Assembly: GCA_964628195.1 (NCBI GenBank) | Contig: CAZVPF010000002.1 | Coordinates: 100,078 to 164,077 of the forward strand | Reading direction: 5' to 3' | Source: an uncultured Pirellulales bacterium | Lineage (GTDB): Bacteria; Planctomycetota; Phycisphaerae; Sedimentisphaerales; Anaerohalosphaeraceae | DNA length: 64,000 bases | Shown here: piece after piece, positions 8,154 through 17,695 of the stretch | How the letters are laid out: each line of letters begins with the position of its first letter | How positions within the stretch are numbered: the first letter of the stretch is position 1 | Made by a program: the position numbers and the translations under genes | The notes under the pieces: generated by a model | Databases searched by the model: none | What the model saw: only the letters and a program-made list of their open reading frames with translations | Told to the model about the DNA's origin: nothing

Positions 8154-10493
8154 TCATTGCTCGTGGTAAAGAAGTTTCCATGAAATCACACCGTAAGGAT
8201 GTGCTGGCCCTTCCATATACACCGGAAAATAATTGTCGGATTCATGCCGCTGACGGTGCAGTATGCGTAGTTTGTGCATTCCTTCTTCAAGCGGAAGCTC
8301 TTTGCAGATAAGGTGATGGTTGTTGACAATATGCGCAGCAACCCTGCCGTCAATAAATATTTTTGTTTCCATCAGCTTGTTGTTCGAGTAGACCTGGAAA
8401 TTATATAGACCGCTCTTTTCGATTTTTACATAACCGTTCGCCTCGAAAGCCTGCTGAGGGTTCTTAACGGCATAGGATATCTGGGTGGTGCTGCCCACAG
8501 TGGTTTCGGCATCGGCCTTGAGCTTCGAAAAGTCCGGCAATTCGTCGAACACTCCCTCGACAGCCGACACTTTCAATCCCTTTTTAAGCTCACCTGCGGT
8601 CCTGGCGGCCTTTATCAGTTCATCGTCGCTTACCTTCCGGAAAAGGCATGAAACAACATCACTTTTTTCGTTACCTTTATAAGCGACGGCCTTGAACAGG
8701 CGGCTGTCGGAAACAGTAACAGGCCCGGAATATTTTTGCGAGTTCTTATCCGGCTCTGAACCGTCGGTTGTGAAGTAAATAACTTCCGCTTGTGAAATAG
8801 CAGCAAGCCTGACCTCCTGTGAACCAATGAAAGTGCCTCCGAATGGTTCAATAACCGGCGTCCATGCCTTTTTCGAGCCTGAACCGGGTTTTTCCACGAC
8901 CAGAACTCCCCACGGATCGAGCCCCGGCACTTTAAGCAGGTTCCCCCCGCCCCGCGCCAGAACATGCGTTTCCACAAGCAGCGAAAAGTCATTGCAAGCC
9001 TGCGACTGTTCATGAACTGCGGCATTATAAGGTTTCGGGGTCAGTAAAGTTACCTTTAAGTCATCGTTCCCTGAGAAAAACCGCTTCGGGTTGAGTATGA
9101 CCCCCGCTGGTCTCATGTCATCCGACCAGTTCACAAGGTGTATCACAACAGGCGCATCCGCTTTACCCGGCTGCGCCCGAACGACGGCGGTAACTTCGAT
9201 GTCCTGGTGAACAATAACAGGTGCTTTCTCGGCAGTTTCATGTATACCGTGCCCGTATGCCCCGACTATTTCATAATCGTCGAAGTACCATGCCGCGCCT
9301 CGAATAAAACCGCTCAGGTCCGCATATTGCGAGGGCTTCCCGTAATATCTTTTAGAGCCTTCCGGTGTCGAATAAAGGTAATTATCCCAGGGCATCATAG
9401 CCTGTCCCCCGCAAGCGTATACAAACGCGATAAACCTCCGAATATTCGGCTCATCCTCCGGAATGCGAAGAGTATGCCCCTTTATCATCGTAAAAACCTG
9501 TGCCTTTTTCAGCTCGATTATCTCAAGAAGTGTCTTATATATCTTTTCAGGCTGCAGATTGCGGACATTGAATTCCCCGATCCCGTAATCATACACATTC
9601 CGGTGATAGAAAGGCCATCGACCGCTGCCGTTGTTCATCGAAAGCGTAACTTTGCCGTATTTTTCTTCGAGCCTCTTTCTTACCTCCTCCATACAGTTCT
9701 GCACCGCCTCCTCCTGGAACCGTATAAACTGTTTTTTAAGCCCGTAGTTCCATTTCTTGTCCTGCATTGAGTGATCGCCCACCGCAGCCCCGAGTTTTTC
9801 CAGGTGTCCCTTTAAATTGAAACTTTCCAGGGTCTCGATTCCCATCGTTTTCAGTTCGGCTTCGGAAAACTTTTTCCGCCGAAGATAATCCGTAAACCCC
9901 TCAACGCAGTATTCGCAAAAACAACTGCCCCAGTTATAAGACACTGCATTCATATCCGGGTCGTCGATCTGTACGGAATTAACACCCATATCGAACCGCT
10001 GCGAAAGGATATTCACAAAACTGTCAACGGTTTTCGGGTGACTTGCGCATGTCGAGGTCGGCTGCGGCGTCCAAATACGCATCCAAGGCGGTGTTATGGG
10101 ATTACCCTTGAGGTCTTTAACCGTGTTGTCAAGGTTGTCATTGCTCGCGTCGATGGAGCATATCGCGTTGCCGAACTTACAGCCCTGCTCGCTGATTTTT
10201 TCTAAAAAGCTGCTGTCGGAGTCTTTCTTTACTTCCAGCCTGTCAAAATGAAAATAAGTCCACTCCAGCCGTGTTACATGAAAAGCCTTAACCATTTTCA
10301 CGGTGTCATAGGGGTCATCCGGACCTGATGGGTGAATGTGAAGGGATCGCATTAATACATCGCTGTATTTGGGTGCGCCTTGCGGCATGACTCTCTTTTG
10401 AGCGATCTCATGCACTTTCGACAATGTTTCGCCAAAGCACAAATAACCTGGAACAAGAAGGAACAATACATTTAACAACACTGACTTTCTCAT
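8154..10493 (-). CDS. secreted carbohydrate-active-like protein with CHB_HEX_C-type Fn3-like and PA14-like C-terminal domains
   Basis: Signal peptide MRKSVLLNVLFLLVPGYLCFG. It has a chitobiase/hexosaminidase C-terminal-type motif (VIYFTTDGSEPDKNSQKYSGPVTVSDSRLFKAVAY). The C-terminal region is PA14-like (GLKVSAVEGVF...GYVKIEKSGLYNFQVYSNN). I could not assign the ~520-aa N-terminal domain. ATG 10493 is preceded by GAGAGG, whereas the ORF-track start at 10523 is TTG. Confidence 0.6.
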   Translation of the reverse strand: MRKSVLLNVLFLLVPGYLCFGETLSKVHEIAQKRVMPQGAPKYSDVLMRSLHIHPSGPDDPYDTVKMVKAFHVTRLEWTYFHFDRLEVKKDSDSSFLEKISEQGCKFGNAICSIDASNDNLDNTVKDLKGNPITPPWMRIWTPQPTSTCASHPKTVDSFVNILSQRFDMGVNSVQIDDPDMNAVSYNWGSCFCEYCVEGFTDYLRRKKFSEAELKTMGIETLESFNLKGHLEKLGAAVGDHSMQDKKWNYGLKKQFIRFQEEAVQNCMEEVRKRLEEKYGKVTLSMNNGSGRWPFYHRNVYDYGIGEFNVRNLQPEKIYKTLLEIIELKKAQVFTMIKGHTLRIPEDEPNIRRFIAFVYACGGQAMMPWDNYLYSTPEGSKRYYGKPSQYADLSGFIRGAAWYFDDYEIVGAYGHGIHETAEKAPVIVHQDIEVTAVVRAQPGKADAPVVIHLVNWSDDMRPAGVILNPKRFFSGNDDLKVTLLTPKPYNAAVHEQSQACNDFSLLVETHVLARGGGNLLKVPGLDPWGVLVVEKPGSGSKKAWTPVIEPFGGTFIGSQEVRLAAISQAEVIYFTTDGSEPDKNSQKYSGPVTVSDSRLFKAVAYKGNEKSDVVSCLFRKVSDDELIKAARTAGELKKGLKVSAVEGVFDELPDFSKLKADAETTVGSTTQISYAVKNPQQAFEANGYVKIEKSGLYNFQVYSNNKLMETKIFIDGRVAAHIVNNHHLICKELPLEEGMHKLRILHRQRHESDNYFPVYMEGPAHPYGVISWKLLYHEQ

Positions 10494-10626
10494 GTTTAAG
10501 CCTCTCACTCTAATTGTTCTCAAAGAAAAACTTCCAGATACCCTGCGAATACTTTAAATTTTTATGGGGATTTTTCTTTATAATCAAATTTTTAATTGAC
10601 AAAGGCAAGTGAAGTGACGATAATTA

Positions 10627-11634
10627 TCAATGGTATTGATTTTCAATATCAGGCTGCCTTAAATTTTCATCCACAGGGCAGCCTTCTTTATTTTCATCTT
10701 CAAGTGTTTCAATGTCTTTTTGTTCAGCGGCATCCCGACCGGCGATTTCAGTTTCCGGTAAAGAAGTTTCTGTGTTTTCGCTCAGGGATTTACTGCTTTG
10801 TGTGTTATTCGCATTGCTATTGCTGTAAAAACCGGAATCTATAAATTTGGCGACCTGCATATAATCAGCTGCGCCGTTGCAGTTGGGTTCATACTCAAAA
10901 ATGGTCGTGCCGTGACTTGGCGCCTCGGCGAGCTTTATATTCCTGCGTACCTGCGTGGGAATTATTCTCGCGTTTGACCAGGGCAGGCCGGAATCTTTCG
11001 CGGAACCAAGAAATTTATCAATATCTGCAAGAACCTCGCCGGAAAGCGATGTCCTGCTGTCGTACATGCACATGAGTATCGCCGAAACTTTCAACTGCGG
11101 GTTAATACGTGATGAAACAAGAGAGATGGTCTGAAGCAGCTTGCCGAAACCCTGAAGCGCCAGAAAATGCGGCTGAACAGGAATAATAACATCCTCTACG
11201 CATGCAAGGGCATTCAGAGAAAGCAGCCCAAGCGAAGGCGGACAGTCGATAATTACATAATCAAGCTCAATCGAACTTTCCTTCAGCGCATAAGACAGGA
11301 TAGTCTCCCTGCCGACAACAGAAACAAGCTCACTTTCGGCACCGACAAGATCGATATTTGACCCCAAAAGCCATAGATTTTCCCTCACAGCCTTAAGCGA
11401 TTCGTCGAAATCCGCTGATTGGGTAAGAACATTATATGTCCCGTCACCGTTTTGCTCAGGGTCCACACCGAAATGTATCGTAAGGTGCGCCTGCGGGTCC
11501 ATGTCGATAACAGCCGTTTTTCTCCCCATTCCCGCCAAAGCAGCCGAAACATTCGCGACCGTGGTAGTCTTGCCAACTCCGCCTTTTTGATTTAGAACCG
11601 CTATTTTTTTCAAAACATCACCGCCCGCTGTCAC
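10627..11634 (-). CDS. ParA/Soj/MinD-family P-loop ATPase with acidic C-terminal tail
   Basis: Deviant Walker A KIAVLNQKGGVGKTTT and a full ParA-like body. The ~70-aa Ser/Glu/Asp-rich tail is extra. The start is uncertain: GTG 11634 overlaps nusB, while TTG 11613 would give MKKIAVLNQKGG. Confidence 0.88.
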   Translation of the reverse strand: MTAGGDVLKKIAVLNQKGGVGKTTTVANVSAALAGMGRKTAVIDMDPQAHLTIHFGVDPEQNGDGTYNVLTQSADFDESLKAVRENLWLLGSNIDLVGAESELVSVVGRETILSYALKESSIELDYVIIDCPPSLGLLSLNALACVEDVIIPVQPHFLALQGFGKLLQTISLVSSRINPQLKVSAILMCMYDSRTSLSGEVLADIDKFLGSAKDSGLPWSNARIIPTQVRRNIKLAEAPSHGTTIFEYEPNCNGAADYMQVAKFIDSGFYSNSNANNTQSSKSLSENTETSLPETEIAGRDAAEQKDIETLEDENKEGCPVDENLRQPDIENQYH

Positions 11635-12031
11635 TTCTTTTTAAAATCGCGTCCAGAACACCATTTACAAACCTCGACGACTGCTGGCTCGAATATTTTT
11701 TTGCAAGCTCAATAGCTTCGTTTATAACAACCTTGCCCGGAATATCCTCACAGAAAAGAAGCTGAAAAGCAGCCAGCCGTAAAATGCTTTTATCTACAAG
11801 CGAAAGTCTCGAAAGCTGCCATTTAATCGCGGCCTGCTGTATTATCTCGTCACACTTATCACGATTCCGCCAGCACTGCTGCGTCCAGTTTTTAGCCATG
11901 TCCACAACAAGTTTATCGTCCTCGTTCTCCCTGAAAAAGATGTCTATGGACCTCAAAAGGTCGTCGCCCTGTACGTCAAGCTGATACAAAGCCTGCATCA
12001 CAAGTTCTCTTGCACGCGTTCTTCTGTCCAC
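11618..12031 (-). CDS. nusB: transcription antitermination factor NusB
   Basis: 137 aa; RARELVMQALYQLD... and LSRLSLVDKSILRLAAFQL..INEAIELAKKY are typical NusB motifs. GTG start. It sits in the conserved ribH-nusB arrangement. Confidence 0.9.
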   Translation of the reverse strand: MDRRTRARELVMQALYQLDVQGDDLLRSIDIFFRENEDDKLVVDMAKNWTQQCWRNRDKCDEIIQQAAIKWQLSRLSLVDKSILRLAAFQLLFCEDIPGKVVINEAIELAKKYSSQQSSRFVNGVLDAILKRSDSGR

Positions 12032-12065
12032 AGAATCTTCCCTGAAAATCGGCTGATAAAGAGCG

Positions 12066-12530
12066 TTATATCTGAGCCATTAGGTTCGCCATTTCGATGG
12101 CGTTTATAGCTGCCGATGCGCCGGCGTTGCCGTGCTTAGTTCCGGCCCTCTCGACGGCCTGCTCGATTGTCTCACATGTAAGCACCCCGAAAACAGCGGG
12201 CACACCCGTGTCATAGTTTACCTGCGAAATACCCGATGAAACCTGCCTGCAAACGTAATCGTAATGTGAAGTGCTGCCCCGGATGACAGCCCCCAGGCAG
12301 ATAACGGCGTTGTATTTACCAGACTGCGCGAGCTTCTTGGCTGTCAGCGTTATCTCCACCGAACCGGGAACCCATACCACGGTAATCTGCTCGTCCGATG
12401 CACCATGCCTTTGCAGGGCGTCAATCGCGCCTCCGAGCAGTTTAGAGGTAATAAACTCGTTAAAACGGCTGACCACAATCGCGTATTTGAAATCGCCTGC
12501 GGTTAAATTAGCTTTAATCTCGTTGATCAT
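12066..12530 (-). CDS. ribH: 6,7-dimethyl-8-ribityllumazine synthase
   Basis: [22 protein letters not shown]...VWVPGSVEI...[19 protein letters not shown] matches RibH. I prefer ATG 12530, which has GGAG 7 nt upstream, over the GTG at 12554. Confidence 0.92.
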   Translation of the reverse strand: MINEIKANLTAGDFKYAIVVSRFNEFITSKLLGGAIDALQRHGASDEQITVVWVPGSVEITLTAKKLAQSGKYNAVICLGAVIRGSTSHYDYVCRQVSSGISQVNYDTGVPAVFGVLTCETIEQAVERAGTKHGNAGASAAINAIEMANLMAQI

Positions 12531-12823
12531 TTTATGACTCCGGTTCGACAACACCTGTTTCGCCAGGCCTTTATAAGACCTGAAACGACCAATCTATATT
12601 ATTGCTCAATAAAAAAATATTTCAATTCAATTAAACACCATATAAATACTGGTTTTCAGGTATTTTACGGACTTAAAAGACGAATTACCAGCATTTTTTT
12701 AATAAACACTAACACGAATCAAAAAGCGTCGAAGTCACCCCGTTTTAGTGCCGATATATTTTCCGTATGCGGGAGAAAAGTTCACCCTAAGGCAGAAAAG
12801 TTAAGTTTTTCAACGGGTACAGT

Positions 12824-14242
12824 ATGTTTGACGCAATGGATTTTAACGGATGGGACGAAGCAGAAGAAAAGGCAATGGCAGCCTATGAGCTCTATGAACA
12901 GGGCGAAATGGCACCTGCACTTGCCTATCTTGAGCAGGCTATACAAATTAACCCCGATAATAGCGCATGGCACTTCAATGCGGGACTCACACTTGATGCC
13001 CTTAACAGGTTTGAGGACGCCATAGAGTCTTATAAAAAGGCTCTGGTCCATACTCCTGACGATCCTGAAATTCTAAATTCTCTTGCCGTTGATTATACAC
13101 GTATAGGAATGTACGACCTGGCCCTTGATACTTTCGAGAATGTAGAAAAACTTTATCCAGATTTCGAGCCATGCTACTGCAACCGTATAATTACCTATAC
13201 CGAGCTTGAAAAGCATGATAAAGCCGAGGAAATGTTCTACCTGGCCCAGCAGATTAACCCGGACTGCCCGATATGCTTCTATAATATAGGTAATTCGCTT
13301 TTTTCACGGCAGCAATACGATAAGGCAATATGGTGCTGGCAAAAAACCTCCATCCTGGAGCCAACACATCCACAAATTAATTACAGAATAGCCCAGGCCC
13401 ACTGGGCAAACGGAAATTCAGAAAAGGCAAGAACGCATTTTTTGAACGAGCTAAGACAAAATCCGGGCGATACTGATGTGATACTTGATTATGGGATGTT
13501 CCTCCTCGAAAGCGGTGAAACTGACCAGGCCAAAGAGAAGTTTAACCGCATTCTTGAACTCAATCCTGAATCTGCAACAGCCTGTTTTTATCTGGCTGAA
13601 CTTGCCCTTAATGAAGGGGACACCGCTTGCAGCGAGAGACTTTACAGGGAGGCGATATCAAAAAATTTCAATCTGCCCGGCCCAAGATACAGGCTCGGAG
13701 AGATTGCTTATAAAAAGGGTAACCCGGAAAAAGCCATCGAATACCTCAAGTCCGAGTGCGAGCTTAATGTTGAAAACCCGGATGTCCTGCTCGCCATGGG
13801 CTCGCTTTTCCTCGAAATGGGAGAGAATGACTTTTCCACGGACTGCTTCTTGAGGGTTGTAGATGCCAATCCGCGAAACAGTGAAGCTTTTTATCATATA
13901 GGCACATCACTCGCAAGAAAAGGCGACCGGCAGGGGGCACTTCAGTTCTTTGAGCATGTTCTTTCACTTGATCCGCAAAACGCAAGGGCCTTAAAGGATG
14001 TGGCATGTCTTTATTATGACGAAAAACAGTTCGTTCTCGCCGCGAAAATGGTAAAGGACGCGATAAAAGCCAAACCCGAAGACGTCGAACTCAAAAAGCT
14101 CCTCAAGGCGATAAAGCTTAAGAGGCTTGCGAAGAAGATGCAAAACCTCGTCTATTCCATCCCGTTTTATAAATGCCGTTTGAGTTACGAAAAGCAGCGA
14201 TGCAGGGTCCTAAAGGCCATGAACAAGGCCAAAGACAAATAG
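12824..14242 (+). CDS. tetratricopeptide (TPR) repeat protein
   Basis: 472 aa with repeated 34-aa A..Y.kAl.l.P.n patterns throughout, for example AIESYKKALVHTPDDPE and ALQFFEHVLSLDPQNARA. Confidence 0.85.
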   Translation: MFDAMDFNGWDEAEEKAMAAYELYEQGEMAPALAYLEQAIQINPDNSAWHFNAGLTLDALNRFEDAIESYKKALVHTPDDPEILNSLAVDYTRIGMYDLALDTFENVEKLYPDFEPCYCNRIITYTELEKHDKAEEMFYLAQQINPDCPICFYNIGNSLFSRQQYDKAIWCWQKTSILEPTHPQINYRIAQAHWANGNSEKARTHFLNELRQNPGDTDVILDYGMFLLESGETDQAKEKFNRILELNPESATACFYLAELALNEGDTACSERLYREAISKNFNLPGPRYRLGEIAYKKGNPEKAIEYLKSECELNVENPDVLLAMGSLFLEMGENDFSTDCFLRVVDANPRNSEAFYHIGTSLARKGDRQGALQFFEHVLSLDPQNARALKDVACLYYDEKQFVLAAKMVKDAIKAKPEDVELKKLLKAIKLKRLAKKMQNLVYSIPFYKCRLSYEKQRCRVLKAMNKAKDK

Positions 14243-14580
14243 CCGTCGCAACAAAGCCTCTTTGCTCATTAATTCTCTGCTTTACCCTCATTTAATCATG
14301 TTGGCTGTAATCACTCCTGAAAAACGGTGTATTATAGGTCTTTTGTAATTTCTTTACCCATCTAAATTTGCCCACACCAGCCTTGATAAAGCTGATAATT
14401 CAAAAATTGTACTTGATAACAACCATATTATGAGATAAAAAAATGGTACTGACAAAAACCCATTAGGTTGACGGATTCGACAATCAGTGTGCACTGACAG
14501 GGACGGAGTCTAAAAACGGTGTTTCGCATCAAAAATCACCTCTTTATTTCCACCCAAGTTCCATTTTACATGGATAATTT

Positions 14581-15219
14581 GTGGCCTTTGCAGTTAATTT
14601 CAATATTTCGGCAAGATTCGGGTATGTTAGTATTCCAACAGGTATAGCTTTGTTAAGAATAAGATTTTTATTATTATCATTACTGCAGGCACTTACGGTT
14701 TTGTTTGTGATTTCGATCATTTTGTCCGCTTCCAAAGTTGACAATGTCTGGAGGAATTTATGGTCATCCAAATCCGATAAAGTGTTTCTCCGTACAAAGC
14801 ATGGTGACATTGCGGCCCATAGTCTTTTTCTTAAAGATAAACTATTCCAAAGTGTAAATGAAAGTGTTACACTTTTATACCCCGAGCAGGTCAAAGAATT
14901 GAAAACAAGTGGAGTTTTGAACCCCGGGGATTACTTAGGTAAGTTCTGGGCGCCGATACCACAGGTGTATCTTTACCCGGCTTCGGTTGTGCGTAAATAT
15001 TACAATTATAACTTGTCACCTGTTTTAGTAAAACAGTTGCTTAGCCGCGATCATTATGTTGAAAAGTTTAAGGACCGCAATTTTGTTGTGCTTAAAGAAT
15101 CAAATGAAAACCAAGGCGATAAGTGGGCTCTGTTTGTCGGAGCATTGCAGGATGAGCAATACATATTCACTCTCCCTATAGAAAAAGGTCTGGCCCTTAC
15201 TCGGGGTGACAGTAATTGA
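14581..15219 (+). CDS. hypothetical protein with N-terminal membrane anchor (start uncertain)
   Basis: The ORF contains no in-frame ATG; candidate starts are GTG 14581 or TTG 14650, the latter giving LRIRFLLLSLLQALTVLFVISIILSA. I recognised no family motif. It ends 4 nt into the next gene. Confidence 0.35.
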   Translation: MAFAVNFNISARFGYVSIPTGIALLRIRFLLLSLLQALTVLFVISIILSASKVDNVWRNLWSSKSDKVFLRTKHGDIAAHSLFLKDKLFQSVNESVTLLYPEQVKELKTSGVLNPGDYLGKFWAPIPQVYLYPASVVRKYYNYNLSPVLVKQLLSRDHYVEKFKDRNFVVLKESNENQGDKWALFVGALQDEQYIFTLPIEKGLALTRGDSN

Positions 15220-16772
15220 TTAAGGCACAAATATTATTAAATACAGCCATGCTTTTATACGGCAGCATTTTAGCAATGGCATATTCGGATAAATTCAGCT
15301 TTATGCTTATGCCGACAATATCATGGCTGAGTTCGTGGCTGGTACTGACATGTGCATATATTTTCCTCTCGATAACGGGATTGATAATTAGCCCGATTTT
15401 AGTCGTTGCCTTCCTTGTCGCAGCAGCAGCGTTATTTATTATAGTATCACGCCACAGATTGATTGCCAATCTGAAAGCCACTTTCGGCGACAGGGACAGG
15501 CTTAAAAGGCTTGTTATTTTATATTTTGTATGTTTGTTATTCATTTTTTTGATAACAATTAAGCTGCATTATGTTTTCGCAACACCAGACTCCCTTCAGT
15601 ATAATGCTTTCTCGAAAATCTTTCATTACTACGCACATTTTGAACGGGGCAATTCAAGAGTTTTTGTTTTTGCTCACAGCGTGCGTCTGCCTTTTATTTC
15701 TGCTGTTCAAAATTTTGCTTATTTACTTGGGATTGGTGCATATACTTCATTTTTTCCGGTGACATCTTTCTTTGTCATAATATTGGTCTTGTTTTTCCTG
15801 TTTGACAAAATCAGTATACGGGAAAAACCCGCCGCCGGGCTCACGTGGTTTTCCATATCAGCCCTTTTATTGCTCTTCAATCGAAACTATCTTCTTCACA
15901 GTTTTTACTATCACAGTAATTTGACCGTAGCGGCTTACTTTTCAGCAGGAGTTTTTCTTTCACTTCTTTATCTTCGCCGCGAAGAGCCGATTTATTTTTT
16001 TTTCTCTTCCGGCCTTCTTGCCTCGACCGTACTTATCCGCAAAGAAATGCTTATTTTCTCCTTGATACCGATTTTCCTCACATTGTATTTTTTCAAACCA
16101 TATCGAGCTAAAATACGTTTCTCGGCTTTAGCATTATTCCTTGTGATTGGTTATCCGTGGTTTTTATGGGGTATTTTTAAGTTGCTTGAGTGGGGAAGTT
16201 TTTCATTCAAGAATTTTTCTTCAGGGCATGGCTCATTCTATCTGCCTATATTGACTTTAGCCTGCACCTTTGCTGCTTTTTTACTGCCTGTTCCAAAGTT
16301 TTTTCGCAAGAACAGTATCAAACTATCTCTTGTTTCATCTGCACTTTTTTTTCTCATATTGTATTTTCTAAATGGTTCGAGATTAATCGGTTCATTGCGG
16401 GATTTGCTTTCACTTGCCCTTGCCGGCAAAGGCAGATGGCAGCTTTTCTGGTATTGCTTCACTTTTGCGACAGCCATATATATATTAATTATTTATTTAA
16501 AAAGCAAACCCAAAGCGTCACTTTTAGAACATGAGTACAAACCTCTATGCGGACTGAAGTTTGTATTGTCGGTAATCATTGTCTTTTTTGCTTTAAGAAT
16601 TGTTTTGTATTCGATTTTCACTGCCCCAAAAGCAAATGCTTATCTTGCCAGCGGAAACAGAATACTTCTGCATATTTTTCCAATCGCAGTATATTTTTGT
16701 GGATGCGTTGGGTATTCATTTTCATTAATCGCCTCCCGTTTGAGCAAACAGCAAATATTACAATCAAACTGA
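15216..16772 (+). CDS. polytopic membrane protein, GT-C-like (ArnT/PMT/GtrC-like) putative glycosyltransferase
   Basis: 518 aa with 12 or more predicted TM helices and no soluble domain. It lies immediately upstream of a GtrB/ArnC-like GT2. The start is TTG 15216 or ATG 15249. The call rests on topology and context, not a strong motif. Confidence 0.45.
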   Translation: MIKAQILLNTAMLLYGSILAMAYSDKFSFMLMPTISWLSSWLVLTCAYIFLSITGLIISPILVVAFLVAAAALFIIVSRHRLIANLKATFGDRDRLKRLVILYFVCLLFIFLITIKLHYVFATPDSLQYNAFSKIFHYYAHFERGNSRVFVFAHSVRLPFISAVQNFAYLLGIGAYTSFFPVTSFFVIILVLFFLFDKISIREKPAAGLTWFSISALLLLFNRNYLLHSFYYHSNLTVAAYFSAGVFLSLLYLRREEPIYFFFSSGLLASTVLIRKEMLIFSLIPIFLTLYFFKPYRAKIRFSALALFLVIGYPWFLWGIFKLLEWGSFSFKNFSSGHGSFYLPILTLACTFAAFLLPVPKFFRKNSIKLSLVSSALFFLILYFLNGSRLIGSLRDLLSLALAGKGRWQLFWYCFTFATAIYILIIYLKSKPKASLLEHEYKPLCGLKFVLSVIIVFFALRIVLYSIFTAPKANAYLASGNRILLHIFPIAVYFCGCVGYSFSLIASRLSKQQILQSN

Positions 16773-16785
16773 ACGGAAGATTATC

Positions 16786-17658
16786 TTGTCAAAAGCAACC
16801 ATAATAATACCGGCATATAACGAAGAGCATGGAATTGAGCGGACTATTGGGCGGCTTAATGAGCTGCTGAAAAAATCCAGCCACGAGTTCGAGGTAATCT
16901 TTGTCGATGACGGCTCCACAGACGAAACATATAAAAAACTTAAGGAGAGTGATTTCAAGTTCTTCAGGGTTATTCGTCACAAGGTCAACGCGGGCTACGG
17001 AGCCGCATTGAAAACCGGGGTCCAGGCTGCGGCTAATGAGATAATTGTCATAACCGACGCCGACGGCACCTATCCCGTTCAAAAGATCCCGGAACTTATC
17101 GACATTATGGTCGACCAGGAGCACGACATGGTCGTGGGCTCAAGGGAAGGACGAAAGCTTGAGTTTAACCCTGCCCGTGTTTTTGCAAAATATTTCCTGC
17201 ACTTACTTGCCAACTACCTGACCAGCCGTAAGATTCCCGACATAAACTCCGGGCTTAGAGTGATGAACAAAAAAGTTGTGGAACGTTTCATAAACATTCT
17301 CCCGGAAGGTTTTTCCTTCACTACGACTATTACCCTGGCAATGCTTTCGAATTCATACTCGGTGAAGTACGTACCCATCAATTATAAGTTCCGCAGGGGC
17401 AAATCAAAAATAAACCCCTTTGCCGACACCCTGAATTTCTTCGCTCTCGTGGTCAGGACGGTGATGTATTTTAATCCGCTCAAAATCTTCCTGCCGCTGA
17501 GCTTTTTCTTTCTGCTGCTCGGCTTTGCGGTGCTTGTCATGAGTTACATGTTTGCTGAAAAAATTATGGATGTCACCTGTGGAATAATTCTTATGACTTC
17601 GGTCCTGATTCTTTCCATAGGTATGCTGGCTGACTTAATAGATAAGAGGATGAAATAA
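16786..17658 (+). CDS. GT2 polyprenyl-phosphate glycosyltransferase (GtrB/ArnC/DPM1-like)
   Basis: N-terminal IIIPAYNEE...VIFVDDGSTDET...TDADG motifs plus two C-terminal TM helices, which is the GtrB/ArnC architecture. TTG start. Confidence 0.85.
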   Translation: MSKATIIIPAYNEEHGIERTIGRLNELLKKSSHEFEVIFVDDGSTDETYKKLKESDFKFFRVIRHKVNAGYGAALKTGVQAAANEIIVITDADGTYPVQKIPELIDIMVDQEHDMVVGSREGRKLEFNPARVFAKYFLHLLANYLTSRKIPDINSGLRVMNKKVVERFINILPEGFSFTTTITLAMLSNSYSVKYVPINYKFRRGKSKINPFADTLNFFALVVRTVMYFNPLKIFLPLSFFFLLLGFAVLVMSYMFAEKIMDVTCGIILMTSVLILSIGMLADLIDKRMK

Positions 17659-17695
17659 AGATAATTACAAATAGATTGGTTATGATGGAAATATA

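Noticed and set aside
12531-12823. FMN (RFN) riboswitch upstream of ribH
   Set aside because: The minus-strand leader is AT-rich. It lacks the GC-rich conserved RFN core segments I would expect, and I could trace no multi-stem junction by eye.
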